From assembly GCA_014905635.1 (NCBI GenBank), contig JABVCE010000004.1:1178001-1242000 (forward strand): a DNA stretch of 64,000 nt, written 5' to 3'. The notes below the pieces were generated by a model. The model worked only from the letters and a program-made list of their open reading frames with translations, searched no databases and was not told the DNA's origin. Position numbers and translations under genes: made by a program. Below, piece by piece: positions 11,832 to 23,897 of this stretch (positions within the stretch are counted from its first letter, which is position 1; every line of letters starts with the position of its first letter). The DNA is from Scenedesmus sp. PABB004 (Eukaryota).

Positions 11832-12304
11832 GCCGCGGCCGTGCGCTGGCCTGCTGGCCCGCTGCTGCTGCGCCTTCTGGTGGCCCGGCTGCGCCCTGCT
11901 GCCGCCCCCCAGAGCCGCGCAAGCGCCGCTGCGCTGGTGCCAGCGGCGGCGCCGGGCGCAGTGCGCGCGACAGCGGCGGCGGCGGGGGTGAGCGAGCGGG
12001 GAGCGATGTGGAGGGCGGAAGGCACTGCCGCCACGTCACGCACCTCACACGCACCAGTCGAGCAGGCACAGAGCTTTGCCCGCCCGGCTGCCCTCCCTGT
12101 TTTGACCGGCCTGCCTCGCCTCATCGCTCGCGGCGAGCCCAGAGCTTCCGCCCGGCCGTCCGCAGCCCGCGCTCCGCCGTCCCGCCCTCGCGCGGCCGCC
12201 CGCGCCCGCGCAGCGGCGTTCGCGCGCCCCCGATCGCCGACACCGCTCCGCGCCGCTTGGGGGGCTCCCACCGGTCCCAGGCCGACCGGGAGGCCTCTGC
12301 CAGC

Positions 12305-14985
12305 ATGGCTGCGGCGGCGGACGACCAGCTGCTGCCCATCGCCATACTCATGTGCGCCCCGCTGCCGCCCGGGCGGCCGGCGGCCCCCGCGCGCCGCGCT
12401 GCGGGCCCTGCGTCGCCTGATCGGCGGAACGGGCGCCCGCGGGGGGCGTGCGGGGCCGGCGGGGCGCGCGGGGGCGGCGCAACAGCACGCGCCGGCCCCT
12501 CACAACCGCCGCGGCCGCCGTGCGCGCAGCGACGAGCTCAAAAACGACGACGCGCTGCGCCGTCTCAACTCCATCCAGCGCCTGGGCACCATCGCGCTCG
12601 CGCTGGGCGAGGAGCGGACGCGGTCGGAGCTGCTGCCCTTCCTCGTCGAGAACAACGACGATGAGGACGAGGTGCTGCTGGCCATGGCGGAGGAGCTCGG
12701 CAAGTTCGTGCCCTACGTCGGCGGCCCGCCGCACGGCCACACGCTGCTGCAGCCGCTCGAGCAGCTCTCCCAAGTCGAGGAGACGGTCGTGCGCGACAAA
12801 GCGGTCGAGTCGCTCTGCAAGGTCGGCGAGCAGCTGCCCACGTCCAGCATAGGGGAGCACTTCATCCCGCTCATCAAGGTGCGCACCCGCGCGCCGCGCC
12901 GCGCCGCTGCCCGACCAGCGGCGGCGGCCGCCGGCGCCACAGCAGCAGCGGCGGCCGCGGCGGCGCACGCCGCGATCGGCCGGCGGCGCCCGACCCCCGC
13001 CCGCCCGCCCGCCCGCCCGCCCACCGCCGCCGCCTACGCAGCGCCTGGCGCAGGGCGAGTGGTTCACGTCGCGCGTGTCGGCGTGCGGGCTGTTTGCGGT
13101 GGCGTACCCCCGCGCCGCGGCGGCGCAGCAGGCGGAGCTGCGCCAGCTCTACGCGCAGCTGTGCCACGACGAGACGCCCATGGTGCGCCGCGCGGCGGCG
13201 CAGAAGCTGGGGCCCTTTGCGGCCGTGCTCGAGCGCGACGCCGTGAGCCGGGAGCTGCTGCCGCTGTTCACGGACCTCACGTCGGACGGTGAGGCGCGCG
13301 CGCGGCGCGGCGGCGGCGGCGAGGCGCGGCGGCGAGCGGCGGCCGCCGGCCCCCCGCAGCGGCGCGCGCCCACGCGCCGCCGCCCGCCGCCGCGCCCGCC
13401 GCGCATCGCCCGCAGACCAGGACTCTGTGCGGCTGCTGGCGGTGGAGAGCTGCGGCGCGTTCGCAGCAGCGCTGAGCAAGGAGGACTGCAGCACCAGCCT
13501 GCTGCCGGTGGTCCAGAAGTTCGCGCAGGTGGGCAGCCGCGCAGGAGCGGGCAGCGGCACGCGGCAGCGGCGCGCGGCAGCTGCATGGTGGCGGCCGCAG
13601 CCGTGGACGCAGCGTGCGAGGCGCACAGCACAGAGGGTGCGCCGCGCCCTGAACGCGCCGCCGCGCCGCGGCGCGCCGCAGGACAAGTCGTGGCGCGTGC
13701 GCTACAACGTCGCGGCGCAGATGGTGCCGCTGTGCGAGGCGCTGGGCCCCGAGCTGACGCGCGCGGAGCTGGTCCCCGCGTACAGCAAGCTGCTGGAGGA
13801 CAGCGAGGCCGAGGTCCGCATCGCCGCCGCGGGCAAGGTCGCGGCGTTCAGCAAGATGCTCACGCCGCCGCTGATCGTGTCGGCGATCGTGCCGCGCGTG
13901 AAGGAGCTCGCAAACGACGCGAGCCAGTTTGTGCGCGCCGCGCTCGCGGGCGTGGTCATGGAGCTCGCGCCGCAGCTGGGCAAGGCGCCCACAATCGAGC
14001 ACCTCGTCCCCGTCTTCCTCAACCTCCTGCGTGACCCCTACCCCGACGTGCGCCTGAACGTCATCTCCAAGCTCGACCAGGCGCGCGGCGACGACGACGC
14101 GCGCCGCGCGGCGGCCACCACGCGCAGCGCCGCACGCGCAGCGCCCGCCCGCGCGCCGCCGCACTGCCCGGCCGCGCAGCGAGAGCGCCGACGCCGTCGC
14201 CTTGTCTGCCCGCCCCCGGCCCGCCGCCCGCGCACCCGTGCAGGTCAACCAGGTCATTGGCATCGAGCTGCTCGCACAGAGCCTGCTGCCGGCGATCGAG
14301 GAGCTCGCGGAGGACAAGCACTGGCGCGTGCGGCTCGCGATCCTGGAGCACATCCCGCTGCTCGCCAACCAGCTCGGCGCCGAGTTCTTCCAGGAGAAGC
14401 TCGGCCCGCAGTGCATGCGCTGGCTGGAGGACCAGGTCGCGTCGATCCGCGAGGCGGCGACCAAGACGCTGCAGAAGATCGCGCAGGTGTGTGCGCGCGC
14501 GTGGCGGGCCGCGCCCTGGCGCGACCGCGCCCGCCTGGCCCGCGCCCGCCCGCCCGCCCCGCGCCCGCGCGCCGCGCGCCGCCGCCCGCCCACGCGCCGC
14601 CGCTGCCGCCGCGCCGCAGGAGTTTGGCCCCGAGTGGGCCAAGGAGCACCTCGTGCCGCAGGTGCTGGGCATGGTGAAGAACCCGCACTACCTCTACCGC
14701 ATGACCGTGCTCGTCGCGATCAGCTCCCTCGCCTCGTACGTGAGCCAGGACGTGTTTGTCGGCACGATGCTGCCCGTGCTCGTCGGCTGCGCGAAGGACC
14801 GCGTGCCGAACGTCAAGTTCAACGTCGCAAAGGTCCTCGAGCGCGTCGCGCCGCTCGTCGACTCGACGGTCGTGTCGGCGACGATCAAGCCCTGCCTCAA
14901 CGAGCTCGCGGAGGACGCCGACGCGGACGTGCAGTTCTATGCGCGCCAGGCGCTCTACGCGTGCGACAACATCCAGATGCAGTGA
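12305..14985 (+). CDS. PP2AA: Protein phosphatase 2A 65-kDa scaffold (A) subunit, HEAT repeats, 7 exons
   Basis: LLPIAILIDELKNDD...[28 protein letters not shown]...[13 protein letters not shown]...[11 protein letters not shown]...[11 protein letters not shown]...[11 protein letters not shown]...[10 protein letters not shown]...[13 protein letters not shown]. Confidence 0.98.
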
Positions 14986-15488
14986 CGCGGCCGGCCGGCT
15001 GCGCCGCCGCGGGCGGCGCGCGGGCGTGCGGGCGGGCGGCGCCGGAGGCGGGCGCCGGGCGGGCGGGCGGGCGGGCGGGGCATCGCATCACCGAAGAGCT
15101 TGGGAGGGGCGGGGAGGGGGCGCAGTGTGTTGCTGTGCGCGCGGGGCGGCTTGCCTGTGACGGGCCGCCTGCGCGACCGCTCGCGCGCCGCCGTCAGTCG
15201 GCCGCGCACGGCCAGCCGGCCTGCCAGCCGCAGCTCGCCCGTCCCTCAGAGCTGTTTTCCCGGTCGCGGTCGGCAGAGGGGCCGACCAACTGCAGAGCAG
15301 CAAACGGGCACTCTTCCCGTCGAACTGCGCGACCAGCGCGAGCCGGGCCGCGTGCAACTATCTCTAGCGTCTGCTGAGAGCTCTCGCACATCGTCTCGCC
15401 CAGCGGAGGGGGCGCTGGCCCTCATTTCAGGCGGCGGCAGCAGCGGCGCCCTCGCCGCCACAATGGCCGGTGCCTGGCGCGCCGCGGC

Positions 15489-16809
15489 ATGCGGCGCCTA
15501 GCACGAGCTGCGCAGCCGCCGCTGCTGCTGCTTCTCGCAGCCGCAGCAGCGGCGGCGGCGGCAGCGCCGGCGGCGGCGCCAGCGACCGGCGCCGGCGGCG
15601 GCGGCGGCGATGGCGCCGCCTGGTCTTACAACTGCACCGACGCGCACATGGCAAACCAGCCCGGCTGCGACGCCACCTGCCGGCACCGCACGGGCAACGC
15701 GCTGCTGGAGCTGTACGCGGGCCTGCTCGGCGCGCCGTCGCGCGAGCCGTGGCGGCACGTGCCGCCCGGCGCGCTCTGCGGCGAGTGCGCCGACGGCAAA
15801 GGCGCGCCGCTCGCGGCGTTCTGCTGCTGGCCGGGCGTCTTCTGCTGCAGCGAGGACGCGCCCGAGGACCAGCACGGCCCCGGCGACTGCACGGTCAGCG
15901 GCGCGCGCGCGGGCGTGCACCACCTCGCGATGCGCGGCTTCAAGCTCGCCGGCCGCCTCGACGACGCGCGCGTGCTGCGCGCGCTGGAGGCGCTCATGGC
16001 CCACGGCCTGCACTCGCTCGACTTTGCCTCCAACGCGATCCGGGGCACCATCCCGCCGCAGCTGGGGCAGCTGAGCGACCTGCGGAGCATCAACCTCAAC
16101 CTCAACCACCTCACGGGGACGGTGAGCCGCGCCCCGCCCCGCAGCCCGCACCCTGCCGTCCGCGCCGCCGCCGGTGCCCCGCCGCCGCCGGGCCAGGGCT
16201 CGTCAACTCGCCGCCCGCCTGCCTGCCCGCCCGCAGCTCCCGGCCGAGCTCAGCGCGCTGGCCAAGCTGCAGCACTTTTACGCGAGCTTCAACAACCTCA
16301 CGGGCGAGCTCAAGGGCAGGTGAGGGGCCCGCACGCGCCTCGCGCGCCGCCGCCGCCGCGCGCGAGCGTAGCCGCGACGGCGACATGCGCGCGCTCCGCT
16401 CCGACGTGCCCCGCCGCGGCGCAGGTTTTGCACCCGCTCCACCGCCCTCTACTCGCTCGTGCTGCGGGCCAACAAGTTCAGCGGCACCGTCGACATGAGC
16501 GCCTGCCTCGGGCTGGGCCTGCTCGACTTCCAGGCAGGGTTTGGGGCGCGCCGAGCGCGCACGAGCAACGGCGCCGGCAGCGGCCGCGCGCGCGCCTCCC
16601 GGCATTGCCGCCCGACATCACCACCCGCCGGCGCCGCCGCAGGACAACCGTTTCACCGGGCGGCTGCCGGTGGGCATCGGCAACCAGGCCCTCGTGAGCC
16701 TGCGCATGACCAACAACCACTTCTCAGGGCCCATCCCCGAGGCGGTGTGGCGCCTGCAGCAGCTCGCCACGCTCGAGGTGCGCGCGAGGGGCGCCCGCCG
16801 CCGCCGCCG

Positions 16810-16846
<37 letters not shown>

Positions 16847-17366
16847 TGCCGCCGCCGCTCACGGCCGCGCGCGGCCGCCGCGTCGCCCGCGCAGCTGTCG
16901 AACAACGACCTCACCGGCACGCTTTCCACCTACGCGGGCTCGGTCAACAACCTGGTCAACATACGGCTCGGCAACAACTCGCTGTCGGGCACCATCCCCG
17001 GCAACATCAGCGCCAACAGCCAGATGCTCGTCCTGGAGCTCTTTGACAACCCAGGCATTCGCGGCACATTCCCAGAGTTCAAGTGAGCGGCGCGGGCGCG
17101 GGCGCAGGGGACGGCACGCGGCGCGCGGGCGGGGCGGGGCGGGGCGCTAGAGGGGGCTTGGGCGGGGGAGCGTGGGCGGGGCGGCGCGCGCCGGCAGCGC
17201 CCGCCGACCGAGCTTCCGTATCGCCGCAGCGGCATGGTCGGCGTGCGGGTGCTCGACCTGCGCAACACCTCACTCAGCGGTGAGCGGCGGCGCGCGCGCC
17301 GCGCGCGTGCGCCGCCCCGGCCCGCGCGCGCCCCGCGCGCCGCTGCGCTCGCCGCCCGGCGCACGC

Positions 17367-17408
<42 letters not shown>

Positions 17409-20400
17409 GGCACCATCCCCGCGGCGTGGGGCCACCTGCCCTACCTTGAGACGGTGGACATCACGAGCACGCGCATGGCCTGCTGCCCCAACCAGAGCGC
17501 CGCCGACGCGCTCGTCGCGGCGCGCGGCGTCGACGCGCTGCTGCCAGAGTTTCTGCAGTTCCACAGCCGCCTCCGCCAGGTCAACACGACCCGGCGCGGC
17601 AAGACCGTGCCGGACCAGCCCGTCAGCATCCTGTGAGCGGGGGAGCGCGCAGCGCGCGCTGCAGGGCAGCCGCACCGCGCCTGGCGGCGCGCGCGCAGCG
17701 GGCAGGGCGCCGCGCGCCGCGCTGCCGACGCCGGCGCCCGCCGGCGCGCGCAGGTGCGGCGACGTCGAGCGGCGGCCGCAGCCGGTGAGCGCCTGGAACA
17801 CGCTGGGCCTGCCGGTCACAAGCGACGCCGTCGAGAACCAGCGGTGGAGCATCGGCCCGCTGTACACTTTTTACACCAATTGCTCCTGCCTGCCGGTGCG
17901 CAGCGCGCGGCGCAGCGCGCTGCGCACCGGCGGCGGCGCCGCCGTGCGCCGACCCCCGCGCGCGCCGCGCGCGCCGCGCAGGGCTTGGACCGCGACGACC
18001 GCAACCGCGTGCCGCTGCCGTTTGCGGAGGCCTGGTGCCGCCCCGGCGGCGGCGGGCCCTGCCTGGGCGCGCAGCTCTTCACGTGCGTCGCGCCGCCGAG
18101 CGGCTCGCTGAGTGCGGCGCAGCGCGCGGCGGTCGCCATCATCGCCGGCGTCTGCCTGCTCGCGCTGCTGGTCGCCGCCAACATGCTGCTCGCCCACGCC
18201 AGCAAGGCGCGGCGGCGGCGGCTTCGCCGCGGGGCGCCCCGCCGGCGTGCCCCGCCCGCGCCAGCTCTGGCGCGGGGGCTGCGCTCACCCCCCCCCCTCC
18301 CCGGGTGCCGCGCAGGTCCGGCGCTTCTACGTCCGCGCCAAGGCGCGCCTCGGCGGCACGCCGCGGCACGGCCGCATGACGCTCGTCTGCACCGACATTG
18401 AAGGCTACTCGGGTGCGCGCCGCGCCGCGCCGCGCCGCGCCGCCGGGCGCACACGCTCCCGCCCGGCCGGCGCAGCCGCCGTGCACGCGGCTGCGCGCGA
18501 GCCCGCCCGTGGCGGGCGCTGTGTCGTGCCTGCGCGCACGCACACGCACGCGGCCGCCGCCGCCGCCCGCCCGGCAGAGATCTTCAAGCGCGCGCCGGAC
18601 GTAATGTTCAAGGCCCTCACCGCGCACAACGCGGTGCTGCGCGGCGCAAAGTACGCCAACGCCGGCTTCGTGCTGGAGCAGGTGCGGCCGCCAGGCCGGT
18701 CGCGCGCGCGGCGCGCGCGCGGCGCCCGGCGCGCGGCGGCCGCCTCACGCCGCGCCGCGCCGCGGCGTGCCGCGCGTGCACCGTGCACCACACCGCGCCG
18801 CCGCGTGCCCTACGCAGGAGGGGGACAGCTACACGCTTGCCTTTTACGACGCCTTTGACGCTGTGGCCTTCTGCCTGCAGGTCCGCACCACACGCTGGCC
18901 CTGCGCTGCGCCGCCGCCACCGCACTCGCTCGCCCTCACACGCCCGTGCGCGCGGCCGCCGCGGCACGCGCCCCGCAGGGGCAGCAGGCGCTCCTGGCGG
19001 TGCGCTGGCCGGAGGGCCTGGACCCGGAGGACCCCAGCGCGCTCGCGTCCGCCGGCTCGCTCGCCAGCCGCAAGCAGAGCAGTGAGTCGCCTCGGCGGCG
19101 GCCGTCTGGCGCGCGCTCGGCCGCCGCGCCGCCGGCCGGCCGACGGGCCGGCGGCCGCGGGGCGCGCGCTGACGCCGGGCCCGCGCCCGTGCTGCGCAGA
19201 ACTGCAGCGGCGCTTCGCGCACATGCTCATGTCCAGCACGCGGCGGACGCGAAACCTGCGCGACCGCCTACGTGAGCGCCGCGCGCGCGGCTACGGCAGG
19301 CCGCGGCGGCGCCGCCGCCGCCGACCGCCGGCGCGCCGTCCGCGCGCCGCGCGCAGCGAGCGCAGCCAGCGCGACGCTGTCCGAGCCGGACGTCCCCTCG
19401 GCGGGCGGCAGCGCGACGATGCCGCGGCCGCTGGCGTTCAGCGGCCTGCGCGCGTCGCCCGCGCCGGGGGCGCTCTTCAAGGGCCTCCGCGTGCGCATGG
19501 GCGTCTGCACCGGCGACGTGCCGAGCGGGACGCCCATCAAGAGCAGCGCGCTGTTCCAGCTCACCAAGGGTGTGCGCCCGCGCCGCGCGCGCCGGCCGCG
19601 CGGCGCGCCGCTCCTCGCCCGCCGCCAATCTTACACGGCCGCCCCGCCGCCCCGCGTGCTTGCGCGCGTGCACGCACGCGCGCAGCGGTGTCTGACTTTG
19701 GCAACGGCGGCCAGGTCATCATCGACCACGCGACCTTTGCGGCCATCAAGGAGCAGCTCACGGTCCTCGGCGCGGTCGGCGCCGGCGGCGTCGACTACTC
19801 CCGCCTCGCCACGCACCGCTCGCTCTGGACGGCGGCCAAGGCGGCGTTCTGCGGCGCGCGGTGCGCGTTCGCGCGCGGGGCCGCCGCGGCGGCGGCCGCG
19901 CGGCCCGCCCCCGTGCGCCCGACGCCGGCGCCGCTGCCGGCGCACACCCACACCCACACCCACAAACACCCCCCCCCCCCCGCCCCCACGCACACACACA
20001 CACACACACGCACGCGCGCAGGCCGGCGGAGGACGCGGAGGAGGCGATCGTGCTCGACATGGGCGCGTATGCCGCGCTGCAGCCGGGCGAGGACGTGAGC
20101 GCCGCGTACGACCCGCCGCCGTCGCCCGGCGCGCCGCGGCCCGCGCCCGACGGCGCGGCGCCGCGCGGCTGGTGGGCCGCGCTGTGCGGCGGCGCGCGCC
20201 GGCGCGGCTCGGCCGACGGCGGCGCGTTGGCGCCGCCTGCCGGCGGGCGGCCCGGCTCGCGCACGTCCGACGCGAGCTCGCCGCTGAGCGGCGCGCCGGA
20301 CGCGCCGGAGCTGGCCTCCGGCGGCAGCGGCCTGGCGCTGCGGCTGCGGCTGAGCAGCGCACTCGCGAGCATCACGTCCTCGGCGTCGCAGCCGCGCTCC

Positions 20401-23400
20401 AGCGACGGCGGCGCCCCGCCCGCCGCGCGCCCGGCCGCGCTGCTCGGGGCGCGCTCCTTCTCTGGCGGCCGCTCGTTCGGGCGGCAGGGCAGCGCGCGCT
20501 CGGGCGGGCGCAGCTGGTCGGCCGTGCGCGTGTACCAGGTGCTGCCGCCGCGCCTCGCGGGCCGCGCGCACGTGTGGCTCAACCGCCTCAACGTCAAAGA
20601 GGAGGATTGGGCCTGCTGGGACGCGCCCTACTTTGAAGCGCCAGGCGCGCCCGCCGCGCGGGGCTGTGCCGGGGTCGCGCCGCGCCGCGCGGGCCGCCCT
20701 CGCCCATGCCCGCGCGGCGCCGCTCACGCCGCGCCGTGCTCCGCCGCGCCGCGCCGCGCCGCGCCGCGCAGGCAGCGACGCGGTGCCGCTCACGACCGGC
20801 GGCGGGTCCGAGCTGGGCCGCGGCGAGCGCGGCTGCGGCTGCTTCGGCGGCGCCTCGGCCGGCAGCGGCGGCGCCTTTGCGGCCACCAGCCCCAACAGCC
20901 CGCCGCTGAGCACCGCCGGCGCCAGCAGCCCGGACGTCTCGTCCGTCGCTCGCGGCTTCAGCGCGCTGCCCTTTGACCGCAGCGGCCTGCAGGCGCTCGC
21001 GCTGGGCCCCGGGCCGCCGCCGCCGCTGCCGCCGGTGACCATGGTCTTTGCCGCGGTGGAAAACCCCGAGCAGCTCGTGCGGCGGCGCCGCGCGTTTGCG
21101 GCCACGATCGCCGCGCTGCTCGGCAAGGCGGTGCGCGACGCGCTGCGGCGCTGCGGCGGCTACCTCTGCCGCGTGCAGGTGCGCCGCGCGGCGGGCTGAG
21201 ACCGCTCGGTCTCAGGGTTGCGCGCAGCGCGCGGCGCGCGCGCGTGCCGCAGCGCTGCGCCCAGCGCTGGCGCCCGGCACTCAGCGGCGCTCGGCGGCGC
21301 TCGGCGGGGCTCGCCCACCGCAGGAGGGTGAGTTGAAGTTCATGCTGGCCTTCTCATCACCCAACGCGGCGCTCGAGTGGTGCCTCGTCGTGCAGGAGGC
21401 CGGTGCGTGCGCGCGCCCGGGGGTCGCGGCGCGGCGCGGAGCGGCGCACCGGGCGCGCGCAGGCGCGGCGCCGCTGACGCGTCCGCCGCGGGGCGGGGCG
21501 CCGCAGCGATGCACCTGCCGTGGCCGTCCGAGAGCGTGCTGCTCTACTCTGGCTGCACGACTGAGCGCGACGACCAGGGGCGCATCGTGCTGCGCGGGCC
21601 GCGACTCAAGATGGGCGTGTGTGAGCCGCGCGCGGCGCCGGCGGCCGCGCCGCGCCGCGCCGCGCCGCGGCTAACGTGGCGCCGCCCGCCCGGCGCGGCG
21701 CGCAGGCGAGGGCGTGCCCCGCAGCATCATGCCCGACCACGAGGCCCGCGCCGACTACCACGGCAGCTCGGTCAACCTCGCCGCGCGCTACATGGACCGC
21801 GGCGCCAAGGGCGGCCAGATCGCGTGCTCCCGCACCCTCGCGGAGCGCGTGCTTGCGCGCTGGGCCGCCGGCGTCGGCGGCGGCGCCGGCTTCAGCGGCG
21901 TCACGGGCAGCTCGGCCGAGGACGCCAGCTTCCACAGCCTGCCCGAGGGGCTCACCGGCCGCGCGCCGAGCAGCAGCAGCAGCGGCGGCGCCGCCGCCGG
22001 CGTCGACCAGGGGCTCGGCGTGCGGACGGCCAGCGACAGCGGCGGCGCCGCGCGGCCGCGCGGCTGGTGGCCGCCCGGGGGGCGGCAGGGCGGCGACCCG
22101 CCGGGCGCGCGCGACGCGCGGAGCAGGCGCGGCAGCCGGGACGGCACGCCGCCCGCCGGGCCGCCGTCGCCGGGCAGCCCTGGCCCGTCGGGCGCCAGCG
22201 ACGACGGCGGCGGCCAGGGGTCGCGGGACGGCCGCGGCCCGCTGCACCTGGACTCGATCCAGAGCGGTCAGGTGCTGAAGCCCGCCGGCAGCCTGGGCGA
22301 CCAGGACTGCCTCGTGGGCTCGCTCGAGCTCGCCGGGCGGGGCGCGGGCGGGCGCGCCGCGCGCGCGTCCGGCGGCCGCCCCTCGCTGCGCGGCGACAGG
22401 GCGTCGCAGCTCTCGGACCGGGGCCCGTCCCACCCCGGCGGCTGCCCCTCGCGCTGCCTCATGCGCGATGTGCCGCGCGCGCCGGTCCAAGTGGAGCTCC
22501 ACCGCCTGGGCCTCTTCTCATTCAAGGGTGCGCACACGCCGCACCCGCACCCGTGCCTGCCGCCGCCGCCGCACCCGCCGCCGCCTGCCGGCGCCCGGCG
22601 TGGGCGCGCCGCGCGCGCCGCCGCCGACCGCCGCGCCCCGCCGACCCCCCGCCGCCGGCGCCGCGTCCGCGGCGCGGCGCGCGCGCGCAGGCGGGCCGCC
22701 GCAGCAGGAGATGGTGGAGGTGGTGCTGTCGCACCTCGCCGGCCGGGCCGCGTTCATGGCCGAGGGCGTCGCCGCCACGCGCAAGGGCCAGTGCCTCCAG
22801 GCGCTCTCGGGCCGCCTCGGCGAGCCGGTCACGGTGGAGCTGCCCACGCTTGCGGCCGAGTACCGCGCAGCGCTGCCGGAGCACGCGCTCGCGCCGCCGC
22901 GCCGCGCGCTCAGCCGCTCGCGCACGGCCGTCGAGCGCGCCGGCGACGGGCTGGCGCCGGGCGCCGCCGGCGGCGCGCGCGCGGCGACGCCCGAGGCGCG
23001 CGCCGCGGCGGCGGCCTGGGCGGGCTGGGCGCCCGGCGGTGGCGGCGGCGGCGCGCGGCGCGGCGCGGGCTCGTCGCCGGGCGCGGGCGGGGCCGGGCAC
23101 CCGCTGGCGGGGCTGCGAGTGATGAGTGACATCACCTCCAGCTCCTCACGCACCACCCTGGGGGGCTGGCCCGGCGGCGGGCCGGGGCACGCGAGCCTCG
23201 CGGCGCTGCGCGAGGTCAGCGCGGCGAGCGAGGGCGCGGCGCCCGACCACCTCGGCTCGCCCCGCGCGCCGGCCGACGGCGGGCGGGCGAGGGGCCACGT
23301 CACCATCACCCTGCCAGCGGGCGACGCCGACGGCGACGCCGGCGGCGACGGCGGCGGCGACGTGGTCGGCCCGGCCTGCGTCGCGTCGCCGGCGAGCGGC

Positions 23401-23586
23401 AGCGGCGGCGGCGGGCTGCCCCGCCACGACAGCTTCCGCTCTGTGGGCTCGGTCGAGGCGGCGGACGAGGAGGCGGGCGTCGGCGGCGCCCGCAGCGCCA
23501 AGTCCGGCTCCAGCGCGGCCGCCGCGGAGCTCGCGGCGCGCCAGGCGCTGCTCCCAGACGCGCCGCGGGGCGGCGGCGGCGCATGA
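15489..23586 (+). CDS. Receptor-type nucleotide cyclase: signal peptide, LRR ectodomain, one TM helix, two class III adenylate/guanylate cyclase domains (about 22 exons)
   Basis: Plant-type LRRs (LDFASNAIRGTIPPQLGQLSDLRSINLNLNHLTGTLP, NNHFSGPIPEAVWRLQQL, NNSLSGTIP). TM helix AVAIIAGVCLLALLVAANMLL. Cyclase 1: TLVCTDIEGYS...QEGDSYTLAF...GLRVRMGVCTG...GGQVII. Cyclase 2: GPRLKMGVCEG...DYHGSSVNLAARYMD...GGQI. The intron phases I checked are consistent with one reading frame. Confidence 0.85.
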
Positions 23587-23897
23587 TGGCTACCGGGCTG
23601 AGAGAGGGAACCCTCTATTGTTGGGCGGGGTGGCCGGGGAATGGAACACGGCGGCTGCCGCTGCGCGCTGTGGTCTGCGAGGCATGGCCTCGCAAAGCAC
23701 GGCCAGGGATTTGCGCACGCGCTGCGTGAACATTCGAACGCGCTGCTGCAGCTGGCAGGCATTTAAACGCGCTGCTGGCCATCATTCACCACACACTGTC
23801 TATGTTGGTCTCGAACGCGGCGGCGCTCGCCGAGTAACCCGATTGGTTGCAACCGACTCGGAGGGCGCAACGATGCGCCGCGGCCGCAGCTGCGCGC

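Noticed and set aside
15489..23586. Introner-type mobile introns explaining the high intron density
   Set aside because: Introns share only splice signals and low-complexity GC runs. I saw no near-identical intron bodies or terminal inverted repeats.
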